Source: an uncultured Porphyromonadaceae bacterium (GTDB taxonomy: Bacteria > Bacteroidota > Bacteroidia > Bacteroidales > UBA12481). From it: a stretch of DNA of 34,503 bases. The translations under genes and the position numbers were made by a program. The notes below the pieces were generated by a model that did not search any database, was not told where the DNA came from, and saw only the letters and a program-made list of their open reading frames with translations. Position 1 is the stretch's first letter. Every line of letters begins with the position of its first letter. The stretch is taken from contig CAYXQX010000001.1 of assembly GCA_964467485.1 (NCBI GenBank), positions 1 to 34,503 of the forward strand. Reading direction: 5' to 3'. This document shows, in pieces, positions 16,746-25,395 of this stretch.

Positions 16746-19115
16746 TTATCTAACAATCAGTATTTTAGCAACTGATCTGGCGCCGGCATCTGCTGTGGAA
16801 GCAAAAACCATATATACTCCACTATGAACTTTGTTCCCGCTTAAGTCCCTGCCATTCCAGATAGCCTGACCGCCCAGACTTTTAGTTTCATAAACCAGGT
16901 TTCCTCCTATATCGGTTATCTTGATAAGTGACGAAGCAGCTATTCCCCTGATGGTAATAGGGCCTGAATAATCCGGTCTTACCGGGTTAGGAAAAGCATA
17001 TATCTCTTCATCAAAAGCATCGTCTTTAATTGCGTCACCACGATAGGAAACTATTCCTGCCTCCGTTCCAAAATATACCTCGCCACTTTTGTTATCAATG
17101 GCTATAGACATAATATTATCCGACAGCAAAGGAGAGTTAAGAATATTGAAAGACTTAACAAGCTCTGTGCCTTCGCTATTAGTTAGGAATACTCCAGAAC
17201 CACGTGTGCCAAACCATTTTCTATTGGCGCCGTCTATAGCAATGCAGCTTACAATTTCAGTACCAAGTAAGGGATGGTAAATGTTATCGCCAAGATCCAC
17301 ACTGGGTTGTGTTGCAAAAAAGCTTAGCGAATTTGAAGGGCTGTAATTACGAAAACCCTCCGGGGAATAATATACCGCAACTCCATTGGATGTACCTAAC
17401 CATAGACGACCTTCCAAATCAAAGGCCATAGAGTAAATGTCGTTGAGAACCTTAAAGTCACCTTCAGAATCCCTAACCTTAACACTTATTTTGGTTGAAA
17501 TATCATCCGAAATGTCATCAAGGTCCTGACCATTATTAAATACAAATAAACCATTACCCTTTGGTAGTTGCACCCACTTGGTGTCTGCTGATGAAACTAC
17601 TATCTCGCCTGAAAAGGCATCACCTAGCTTGGAGCCATAATTGAAGCTTTTCCATGTTCCATCTGTTTGCCTCACGGACACGGGTGAAGGGACGCTGCTG
17701 TTTGTTACCCATAAATTATTTTTAGAATCGAAGGCCATCCCTCCAATTCTAATATATGGACTGTTTGGTACTATGCTCTGAAGAGCTCCATCTGTGTTTG
17801 TTTCATTATGGAGCTCGTGAAATTGACCATTAATAAATTCTATTACTCCTGATCCCCAGGAAGCAGCATAGATATGTTGATCGTTTGTGGGATCAGTAAT
17901 TACCCTGATGATATCCCTGATTGATCCCATTTCTTCAGTTGTTGTCGAATTGAAGCTCTCCCAAATACCATCTATTTTGGCGGAAACGCCAGCATTATTC
18001 CAGGTGTTATTCCACGATCCATCATAACCCCCACCGGCCAACCAAAGCTGTTCTCCTGCAATGGTGAGATCAAATGTGGCTCTATCCCAGGGGCCATTTG
18101 GTCTTATTTTCTCATAGTTTTCATAATCTGAAGTGTGAACCAGACCATGTTGCCAGTCGGCTATCCAGATTTCGCTGTTGTCATCATATAGTATATCCTG
18201 GGACCTTATTACATCAAAGCCATAGGTTTTGAGATGAAGCATTCGTTCACCGTCGGGACGGATAATATTTATCTGAAACAGACTGGAAGAAACAATAAGA
18301 TCCTGCTGAAATTCAAATTGATTAATGTCCTTAAAATAATACGGGAATACCGACCATCTGTGTCCGTTATAAATCCATATTGAATCTAAATCACTACGGA
18401 TGCTCTTATGAACAGCGTAAAGTAAATTCTCATTATATGTTATGTGAGTATAAGCTTCAAATGGGGTTGGCTGGGCCGGAACAGTTTCCCAAAAGAGATA
18501 ATTCTCCAGATTTGGATGTCGGACAAAGGCTTTTCTTACACCTTTGGCAGTAGCCGCGAAAATGGAATCGTGGTTAAAGATGATTGTCTCAAAAACTTCC
18601 AAATGTCCTCCCTCATCGCCAATATAGAAGGTTGAAGATATTTCTCCTTTCACCAGGTTTAGGGAAATTATCCCAAAGCCGCAGGAGAGATATGCATGAT
18701 CATCATGTATCATTATACTATTGATTCTCTTGCTGCCAGTGATTTGTTTTCTTTTTATATCAGGAACATTAATCACCTTGTTTCCCCGTATAAGATCCAG
18801 GTTTGAATTGGAGTATGCGAGGATGAGAATGTCATGATCGGGACTGTATTCCATGCAGTCAATCTCAATGTCATTCAGGCCGTTAACCTTCGACCATTTG
18901 TCGATTAAAAAGGACTCTTTATCATATTGGAAGAGTCCGCTTTTCGTAGCACAGAAGATTTTATTATTGCCGGTTTCAACAGCAATGGCCCGGCTAAACG
19001 GCAAGTGTTCCTGCCATTCACCAAGCCTCGATTGGCTCTTAAGAGAAGCTGAAAATATCAGAATAAATACAACAGCAATGAGTTTTGTTTTTCTCACGTA
19101 TATAATAGGATACAT
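16746..19115 (-). CDS. porZ: PorZ-like T9SS protein: double beta-propeller (two-component-regulator propeller repeats) with an Ig-like C-terminal domain
   Basis: About 790 aa with a signal peptide and long propeller repeats. The C-terminal segment is YAFPNPVRPDYSGPITIRGIA...ITDIGGNLVYE...WNGRDLSGNKVHSGVYMVFAS...KILIVR. I recall this size and C-terminal pattern as characteristic of PorZ-family proteins, but I have not searched. I prefer the ATG at 19115. The track start at 19130 is a TTG. Confidence 0.6.
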   Translation of the reverse strand: MYPIIYVRKTKLIAVVFILIFSASLKSQSRLGEWQEHLPFSRAIAVETGNNKIFCATKSGLFQYDKESFLIDKWSKVNGLNDIEIDCMEYSPDHDILILAYSNSNLDLIRGNKVINVPDIKRKQITGSKRINSIMIHDDHAYLSCGFGIISLNLVKGEISSTFYIGDEGGHLEVFETIIFNHDSIFAATAKGVRKAFVRHPNLENYLFWETVPAQPTPFEAYTHITYNENLLYAVHKSIRSDLDSIWIYNGHRWSVFPYYFKDINQFEFQQDLIVSSSLFQINIIRPDGERMLHLKTYGFDVIRSQDILYDDNSEIWIADWQHGLVHTSDYENYEKIRPNGPWDRATFDLTIAGEQLWLAGGGYDGSWNNTWNNAGVSAKIDGIWESFNSTTTEEMGSIRDIIRVITDPTNDQHIYAASWGSGVIEFINGQFHELHNETNTDGALQSIVPNSPYIRIGGMAFDSKNNLWVTNSSVPSPVSVRQTDGTWKSFNYGSKLGDAFSGEIVVSSADTKWVQLPKGNGLFVFNNGQDLDDISDDISTKISVKVRDSEGDFKVLNDIYSMAFDLEGRLWLGTSNGVAVYYSPEGFRNYSPSNSLSFFATQPSVDLGDNIYHPLLGTEIVSCIAIDGANRKWFGTRGSGVFLTNSEGTELVKSFNILNSPLLSDNIMSIAIDNKSGEVYFGTEAGIVSYRGDAIKDDAFDEEIYAFPNPVRPDYSGPITIRGIAASSLIKITDIGGNLVYETKSLGGQAIWNGRDLSGNKVHSGVYMVFASTADAGARSVAKILIVR

Positions 19116-19146
19116 TTGACTATAACTCAAAAATCAACAAAATATT

Positions 19147-19737
19147 TTAATTATTTCCGGCAAAACTTTCAAGGAAGTGAACAAGCTTAACCACACTGCG
19201 GCCACGATGTGAAATTGCATTTTTTTGAGCCGGCCCCATTTCGGCAAAACTTTTTTCGAAACCTTCCGGGAGAAATATTGGATCATATCCAAATCCGTCA
19301 GTTCCTTTTTTGTTAAGCAGAATAGTTCCGTCTATTTTTCCTTCAAAGAGATATTCATTTCCATTTATTATAAGAGCAATTACAGTTCTGAATCTGGCTT
19401 TTCGGTTTTCTTTGTTCACAAGGGACGCAAGAAGCTTATCCATGTTATCATCAAAGGTGGCATTTTCTCCGGCATATCTTGCTGAATATACACCGGGAGC
19501 CCCTTCAAGTGCATCAACCTCTAATCCTGTATCATCTGCAAAACAGTTGGACAGGGTTCTGTTATATACAAATCTTGCTTTTTGCAAGGCGTTGCCCTCC
19601 AGAGTATCGGCTGTTTCAGGGATATCTTCCTTTATGCCTATTTTTCCCAGGCCTATAATGTCGTATTTAATCTGTAAGAGGTCCTGGATTTCCTCTAATT
19701 TATGAAGATTATTGGTGGCGAAAATCAGCTTTTGCAT
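19147..19737 (-). CDS. rdgB: Non-canonical purine NTP pyrophosphatase (dITP/XTP pyrophosphatase), RdgB/HAM1 family
   Basis: Motifs [32 protein letters not shown] and GFGYDPIF. The length of 196 aa fits the family. Confidence 0.9.
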   Translation of the reverse strand: MQKLIFATNNLHKLEEIQDLLQIKYDIIGLGKIGIKEDIPETADTLEGNALQKARFVYNRTLSNCFADDTGLEVDALEGAPGVYSARYAGENATFDDNMDKLLASLVNKENRKARFRTVIALIINGNEYLFEGKIDGTILLNKKGTDGFGYDPIFLPEGFEKSFAEMGPAQKNAISHRGRSVVKLVHFLESFAGNN

Positions 19738-19930
19738 AGTTTTGTAATTCTGTTATTGCTAATCTATGTATGACAATAAATGTAATTGTGTTTACCGATA
19801 AAGTATGATTATTGTCACTCAAGTCATAAGTACCAAAAAATCAAAGACTTAATTCGTGGTGCTCCTTTTGATAAAGCCCATTCTTTTTTCTATTTTTGGT
19901 TTACGAATATATAAATAACAGCTAATTATA

Positions 19931-20953
19931 ATGGAAAATATGGATTGGAAAACATTACCCTTCGGTTACATGAAGACAGATTACAATGTAAGGTGCTATT
20001 ATCGTGATGGCAAATGGGGTGAAATTGAGGTGAGTTCGTCGGAGTATGTCCCTATGCACATTGCTGCTACTGCTATACATTATGGTCAGGAGGCCTTTGA
20101 AGGCCTTAAGGCATTTACCGGTAAGGATGGTAAAGTTAGAGTTTTCAGGTGGAGGGACAATTCTGCAAGGATGCGTAAATCGTCAGAGGGAATATTGATG
20201 GCAGAAGTTCCGGAAGAGCTTTTTGGAGCAATGATGAAGAAGGTTATCAATCTTAACCGGAAGTTTATTCCTCCTTATGGAACAGGTGCTTCTTTATACA
20301 TCAGGCCATTACTAATTGGTACAGGGGCCGAAGTTGGGGTTAAAGCGGCCAATGAATATTTGTTTATGATCTTTGTTACACCTGTTGGTCCTTACTTTAA
20401 GGAAGGATTTAGTCCGGTTGATATTCTTATTACCCCCGGCATCGATAGAGCAGCTCCACTGGGAACAGGACATATAAAGGTTGGTGGAAATTATGCGGGA
20501 TCCCTCAATGCTCTCAAAATAGCTCATGATAAGGGATATGCATCAGCATTATTCCTGGATGCGAAAGAAAAGAAGTATATCGACGAAGCTGGCCCGGCAA
20601 ATTTCTTTGGAATTAAGAATAATACATACATCACGCCATCATCAGAATCAATACTCCCAAGTATTACAAATAAATCCCTTCAGAAGATTGCGCAAAGCAT
20701 TGGAATGGAAGTTGAAGTTCGGCCAGTTCCTTTAACTGAGCTTGGTACATTCGAAGAGGCAGGTGCCTGTGGAACTGCTGCAGTGATAAGCCCGATAAAA
20801 AGGATAGTGAATGATGATACAGGAGAGGTAACAGATATTTGTCCCGACGGCAAGCCTGGTAAAATGTCAATTCAATTGTATGAAAAGCTTGTCGCTATAC
20901 AAACCGGGGATACTCCTGATGAATTTGGCTGGGTAGATATTATTGAGGAATAA
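19931..20953 (+). CDS. ilvE: Branched-chain amino acid aminotransferase (fold-type IV PLP enzyme)
   Basis: 340 aa. Motifs HYGQEAFEGLKAF, YIRP, and GHIKVGGNYAGSL (PLP-lysine region). Confidence 0.85.
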   Translation: MENMDWKTLPFGYMKTDYNVRCYYRDGKWGEIEVSSSEYVPMHIAATAIHYGQEAFEGLKAFTGKDGKVRVFRWRDNSARMRKSSEGILMAEVPEELFGAMMKKVINLNRKFIPPYGTGASLYIRPLLIGTGAEVGVKAANEYLFMIFVTPVGPYFKEGFSPVDILITPGIDRAAPLGTGHIKVGGNYAGSLNALKIAHDKGYASALFLDAKEKKYIDEAGPANFFGIKNNTYITPSSESILPSITNKSLQKIAQSIGMEVEVRPVPLTELGTFEEAGACGTAAVISPIKRIVNDDTGEVTDICPDGKPGKMSIQLYEKLVAIQTGDTPDEFGWVDIIEE

Positions 20954-20954
20954 T

Positions 20955-21752
20955 CTAAACTACTAAGCTGGCAAGATACCCATTGTGCCTTCTGATATTG
21001 AATACCACTTGATTGTCTAATATCAGGTATTGCCCTCTTATGCCCGTAAGTTTTCCTTCAATCAAGGGTTTCTTGTCGAAATTTACGCTCTTTACCTTAT
21101 CTGGATATTCTAATACGGGATAGTTAAGGGTGGTGATATCATCATCCTCGATTACAAATTCCTGTAATCCCGGTTCTAATGCGTTCCAGGCATTTTCCTT
21201 TTCGTCGATCAGGTCTATTTCGTTATTCCTGATGTCCTTAAGCATCTTTTGCCAACTGGTTTTATCGGTATATATTGATTTAAGGGCTACCTCAATAAGT
21301 CCGGCCAGATAGCGGTTTGGTGTCCTGGCCAGTTTTATCACCTGCCATGCACCTTGGTCGATCCAGCGTGTAGGTACCTGTGTTTCCCTGGTGACCCCCA
21401 CTTTGACTGTGCTGGTAAGAGCCAGATAAACAATGTGATCTGTAAGACAGTGTCCTTTCGACCATTCCATATCACGACTTATGCCTTCGTGAGCCTTGCA
21501 GGTTTCCGGTTGCATTATGCATGCATCAGTTTCCGGTAAGGTGCTGAAGCACTGAAAACAATACCCCTGAAAAAATGAGCTTTTTGTTTCCTGACCACAA
21601 GCAATACAGTTTATTTTGGACAAATACTCCAGCTTGATCTTCTGGCCAACAAAATCATTTAAAAAAATATCATGATCATCAAGCCGTAGGGTATAGCTAA
21701 CCGGATCAGATGCTATAGCTTTCATCTTACTTAAGTTTCCTGTGTATTGCAT
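20955..21752 (-). CDS. DUF2797-family protein with an N-terminal zinc ribbon
   Basis: CIACGQETKSSFFQGYCFQCF (CxxC...CxxC), followed by the conserved VYLALTS.VKVGVTR...RWIDQGA block that I recognise as DUF2797. I prefer the ATG at 21752 (MQYTGNL). The track start at 21860 is a TTG. Confidence 0.65.
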   Translation of the reverse strand: MQYTGNLSKMKAIASDPVSYTLRLDDHDIFLNDFVGQKIKLEYLSKINCIACGQETKSSFFQGYCFQCFSTLPETDACIMQPETCKAHEGISRDMEWSKGHCLTDHIVYLALTSTVKVGVTRETQVPTRWIDQGAWQVIKLARTPNRYLAGLIEVALKSIYTDKTSWQKMLKDIRNNEIDLIDEKENAWNALEPGLQEFVIEDDDITTLNYPVLEYPDKVKSVNFDKKPLIEGKLTGIRGQYLILDNQVVFNIRRHNGYLASLVV

Positions 21753-21944
21753 GGAGTAAAAATATGAAAAAAGAACTCTTTCACCCTCCCTTTTTTCTCC
21801 CTTCCATACTTTTAGGGAAGAGCCGGGGTAGGGTAATAGGGGCAAATGAAAAATAATCAAAAAATTTAACCTGATGTAAAAGCCACAAAAAGAGGAGATT
21901 AGCCTATTTGAAAAGGGGTGGTGGAAAATAATTTAGTACTATGT

Positions 21945-21977
21945 ATTGCAAGGTAACATAAAAAATATATATCTTTG
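21945..21977 (+). promoter_or_regulatory. Candidate promoter of the PspC/DUF2807 genes
   Basis: ATTG (21945..21948), a 21-nt spacer, then TATCTTTG (21970..21977) followed by CAAA. This is a close match to the Bacteroides -33 TTTG / -7 TAnnTTTG layout. It lies 54 nt before the ATG at 22032. Confidence 0.45.
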
Positions 21978-22031
21978 CAAAGGAAACAACAATGTTATAG
22001 AAGGTATTCTGACAATAAAACTAATTGAAGC

Positions 22032-22586
22032 ATGAAAAAAACAATTCAAATCAATCTGGCGGGAACGGTATTTCATATTGATGATGATGCCTATGAGCTG
22101 TTAAGAAATTATTTAAATTCTGTAGAGCGTAAGTTTTCACACGATCAGGGTGGATCGGAAGTTATCCAGGATCTTGAAAGCCGGATAGCTGAGCTTTTTA
22201 CGGAAAAACTGAATGCACATAAAGAGGTAGTCGGTTTGCAGGATGTGCGTGAAACACTTGAGGTTCTTGGAACTCCTTCAGATATGGGAGGACAGGATAA
22301 TCAGGAACATCAGGGGGGGCATGGAAGACGAAGTCGTGGCGATTATGGCCATGATAGAAGATACAAAAGAATGTACCGCGATTCGGTGGACAAACCAGTT
22401 GGAGGTGTTTGTTCCGGGCTAGCTTATTATTTTAATACTGATCCACTTTTGCTCAGAGTATTATTTGTGATCGGACTTTTGGTGGGTTTTGGTTTTCTTC
22501 TCTATCTGGTATTGTGGATAGCCCTTCCAGTGGCTGAATCACCAGAACAGCTGGATGAGATGCGCAATGGATCGAGGTATTTTTAG
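22032..22586 (+). CDS. PspC-domain membrane protein with a cytoplasmic N-terminal helical domain (short form)
   Basis: The PspC core is RMYRDSVDKPVGGVCSGLAYYFNTDPLLLRVLFVIGLLVGFGFLLYLVLWIALP. The N-terminal ~85 aa are paralogous to the N-terminus of the 23698 gene product. Confidence 0.85.
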   Translation: MKKTIQINLAGTVFHIDDDAYELLRNYLNSVERKFSHDQGGSEVIQDLESRIAELFTEKLNAHKEVVGLQDVRETLEVLGTPSDMGGQDNQEHQGGHGRRSRGDYGHDRRYKRMYRDSVDKPVGGVCSGLAYYFNTDPLLLRVLFVIGLLVGFGFLLYLVLWIALPVAESPEQLDEMRNGSRYF

Positions 22587-22596
22587 AATCAGGAAA

Positions 22597-23307
22597 ATGA
22601 AACGAATTAGTCTAATAGTTAGTGTAGGTTTGCTTATGGCGGCTATGCTGTTAGTATCATGTGATGCTGGGATTGTTGGGAATGGCGATGTTCAAACCCG
22701 GACAAAAACGATTGATAATTTTGACCGTTTGGAGATAGATGGAAATTTCAATGTTTTTTTGGATCAAACAGGTAAAGCCGGTCTTCGCATTGAAGCTGAT
22801 GAGAATATAATGGATGTTATTAAGGTTTATGAATCAGGCAATAAGCTTGAAATTCGTTCTGAGGTCAATATTCTTAGAGCGAAGAAAAAGGACCTCTATA
22901 TTAACATTGATGATCTGAAGAAGCTGGAATTATCTGGAGCTATTGAGATCAGGTCGGAGGGCAGACTGAGTTTCCGGACTTTGGATATCGATGGCAGTGG
23001 AGCGATTGACATGAATCTGGATGTGGAAGCTGATATGCTTAAGATAGATATTTCAGGAGCTGCAGATTTTGATTTAAAAGGAAAAGTGGAGGATGCTGAG
23101 CTGATTATTTCGGGTGCAGGAGGTTTTGATCTGATCGATCTTGAGACGGAAAAAATGAACATTGAAATAAGCGGAGCCGCACATGCAAGAGTTTATGTCA
23201 CAGAAGATTTAAGGGTTGAAATATCAGGAGCTGGCGCAGTGAGGTATAAAGGTCATCCTGATATTACCAAGGATGTATCCGGAATAGGCTCATTAAAGAA
23301 ATATTAG
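22597..23307 (+). CDS. DUF2807 (GIN / Toastrack-type beta-helix) lipoprotein
   Basis: Lipobox LLVSC. A repetitive (I/L)SG(A/S)G(A/G) beta-helix pattern is present: LELSGAIEI, IDGSGAIDM, IDISGAADF, IISGAGGFD, IEISGAAHA, VEISGAGAVRYKG. I prefer the ATG at 22597, 10 nt after the upstream stop. Confidence 0.8.
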   Translation: MKRISLIVSVGLLMAAMLLVSCDAGIVGNGDVQTRTKTIDNFDRLEIDGNFNVFLDQTGKAGLRIEADENIMDVIKVYESGNKLEIRSEVNILRAKKKDLYINIDDLKKLELSGAIEIRSEGRLSFRTLDIDGSGAIDMNLDVEADMLKIDISGAADFDLKGKVEDAELIISGAGGFDLIDLETEKMNIEISGAAHARVYVTEDLRVEISGAGAVRYKGHPDITKDVSGIGSLKKY

Positions 23308-23317
23308 TAGAAAAGTA

Positions 23318-23332
23318 AGATAATAGTTATCT
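23318..23332. promoter_or_regulatory. Perfect 6-3-6 palindrome AGATAA-TAG-TTATCT. Candidate PadR operator.
   Basis: An exact inverted repeat lies 25 nt upstream of the padR-like ATG, in a 49-bp intergenic gap. Confidence 0.35.
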
Positions 23333-23356
23333 GATCAAATTAATATATATATACCA

Positions 23357-23686
23357 ATGAAAATAGAGAATGCTAAGGCACAGATGAGAAAAGGAGTACT
23401 TGAGTATTGCATTCTAACCACACTTGGACATCAGGATTGTTACGCTTCTGATATTATCAAAAAGCTTAAAGAATCCCGGTTGATAGTGGTTGAAGGCACA
23501 TTATATCCGCTTCTTACACGGCAGAAAAATGCTGAATTACTGAGTTATCGTTGGGAAGAATCTACGCAGGGCCCTCCTCGTAAGTATTATCGATTAACCG
23601 ATAAGGGTCGTGAGTTTCTTAAGGAGCTTGATGCTTCATGGGACGATTTGGTAGGGGCAGTTAAATCTATTCAGGAAAAATCTTAA
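23357..23686 (+). CDS. PadR-family winged-helix transcriptional regulator
   Basis: 109 aa. Motifs GVLEYCILTTL, YASDIIKKL, EGTLYPLLTRQ and RKYYRLTDKGREFL. Confidence 0.9.
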   Translation: MKIENAKAQMRKGVLEYCILTTLGHQDCYASDIIKKLKESRLIVVEGTLYPLLTRQKNAELLSYRWEESTQGPPRKYYRLTDKGREFLKELDASWDDLVGAVKSIQEKS

Positions 23687-23697
23687 TCAATAAGAAA

Positions 23698-25302
23698 ATG
23701 AAAAGGACAATTAAAATTAATATTAACAGTCTGGTTTTCCATATTGATGAAGATGCATATGAAAAACTGGCGAACTACCTCGAAAGACTTAAGGAGAGAT
23801 TCAGCGGGACTGATGGCGAGACCGAAATCATTACTGATATTGAGTTTAGGATTGCAGAGATTTTCCAAACAAAAATTTCTGAAGAAAAGGAAGTTATTGG
23901 TTTAGGAGATGTTGAGGGTGTGATAGGCGTTCTTGGGGAACCGGAGGAGATCGATGGTTCGGAGGGTGAGGATGACCAGGATTTTGAACCTTCTGCAAGT
24001 CGTGAACCCAGATATAGGGAGGCTAGAAAGAGGATCTATCGTGATCCGGATAACAAGTATATTGGTGGGGTATGTGGAGGACTGGGAGAATATTTCAGAG
24101 TCGACCCGCTAATTATAAGAGTAATATTTGTAGTGTTCAGTCTGGTTTACGGTGTAGGGTTTCTTGTATATCTCCTCTTGTGGATAGCTGTTCCTGAAGC
24201 AAGAACCCGATCGGAGAAATTAGAAATGAAGGGTGAAAATATCAATGTTCACAATATAGAGAAGTCAATCAGAAAAGAATATGAGCAGGTAAAAACTAAA
24301 TTTGGTGACTATAAGGAATCAGGAGAATACCGTAGGCATCGAAATGGTTTTAGTCGCTTACTAGGTGGCATTGGAAAAATATTCCTGATCTTTTTTAAGA
24401 TCATCGTTGGAATTATAGGAATCACCTTTGTTATTGCCGGTGTTGGTATACTAGTTGCTATTATTGGATCATTGGTAGCCGGACACACCTGGATTATTAA
24501 TGACTTCTGGGATATTTCCGGTTTTTCCGTTCCGGAAATCCTTTCGGTTTTCATGGATGAAACAATGGCTCTTATTGCACTTATCGCTGTTTTTGCCCTG
24601 GTTGCCATTCCTGTTCTTGGACTTATCTATGCAGGAGTGAAATTACTCTTCCCATTCAGGGCCAATGATAAGGCTATTGGATTGAGCAGTCTTGGTATTT
24701 GGGTTGGTGCACTTGTAATTCTTTTGGTTTTTGGGGCATCGGAAGGTATGAAGTACAATACTTCGGACAGGAGCTCTGAAAGCAGGGAGATAGTTATGGA
24801 TAGTGTTAGACAGATTACCATAACAAGTGCTTCTAGTGATATTGGAGATGTGAACCATGTAGAGTTTGGCTTTGGTTATCATCAGGAAGTATTAGTAGCT
24901 GAAAAAAATAATAAGCTATTGATAATGGGAAGGCCGGAAATTGATATTATTAAAAGTTTTGATGATCAAATAGAGATTTCCATAAAGAAAAGAGCCAGAG
25001 GTGTAAATAGTGATGCCGCCAGAAGGCAGGCGGAAGAGATTCAATACTCTTATCATGTTAAGGATTCCCTTATTGTGTTTGATCCCTATTTTGATCTGCC
25101 TGAGCACATTAAGTGGCGAGATCAGGAGTTGGATATTGTTATTAGTCTGCCGGTTGGTACTAAAATATACCTCGATGAAAGTATGCGGGATCTTTTACAT
25201 GGGGCTGAGAACCTCGAAAATATGTGGTCGGACGAAATGGTGGGAAAATCGTGGATAATGAATGAAAAAGGATTATCCCGAACCCATGAAGAAACAGAGT
25301 GA
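23698..25302 (+). CDS. PspC-domain membrane protein, long form: N-domain, PspC, about 4 further TM helices, and a ~190-aa extracytoplasmic C-terminal domain
   Basis: The PspC core is RIYRDPDNKYIGGVCGGLGEYFRVDPLIIRVIFVVFSLVYGVGFLVYLLLWIAVP. Hydrophobic stretches occupy residues ~225-345. The C-terminal domain is soluble. The gene starts 12 nt after padR. Confidence 0.85.
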   Translation: MKRTIKININSLVFHIDEDAYEKLANYLERLKERFSGTDGETEIITDIEFRIAEIFQTKISEEKEVIGLGDVEGVIGVLGEPEEIDGSEGEDDQDFEPSASREPRYREARKRIYRDPDNKYIGGVCGGLGEYFRVDPLIIRVIFVVFSLVYGVGFLVYLLLWIAVPEARTRSEKLEMKGENINVHNIEKSIRKEYEQVKTKFGDYKESGEYRRHRNGFSRLLGGIGKIFLIFFKIIVGIIGITFVIAGVGILVAIIGSLVAGHTWIINDFWDISGFSVPEILSVFMDETMALIALIAVFALVAIPVLGLIYAGVKLLFPFRANDKAIGLSSLGIWVGALVILLVFGASEGMKYNTSDRSSESREIVMDSVRQITITSASSDIGDVNHVEFGFGYHQEVLVAEKNNKLLIMGRPEIDIIKSFDDQIEISIKKRARGVNSDAARRQAEEIQYSYHVKDSLIVFDPYFDLPEHIKWRDQELDIVISLPVGTKIYLDESMRDLLHGAENLENMWSDEMVGKSWIMNEKGLSRTHEETE

Positions 25303-25341
25303 TTAATTAACAAATCCTCTGAGTTTTAGTTTTATTGTTCA

Positions 25342-25383
25342 GGCCGGGCAGGCTTCAATCTGCCCGGCCTTGAACATTTTTTA
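25342..25383 (+). terminator. Strong intrinsic terminator after the long PspC gene
   Basis: GGCCGGGCAG-GCTTCAAT-CTGCCCGGCC (10-bp GC-rich stem), followed by TTGAACATTTTTT. Confidence 0.8.
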
Positions 25384-25395
25384 TATTTTTGCGAG

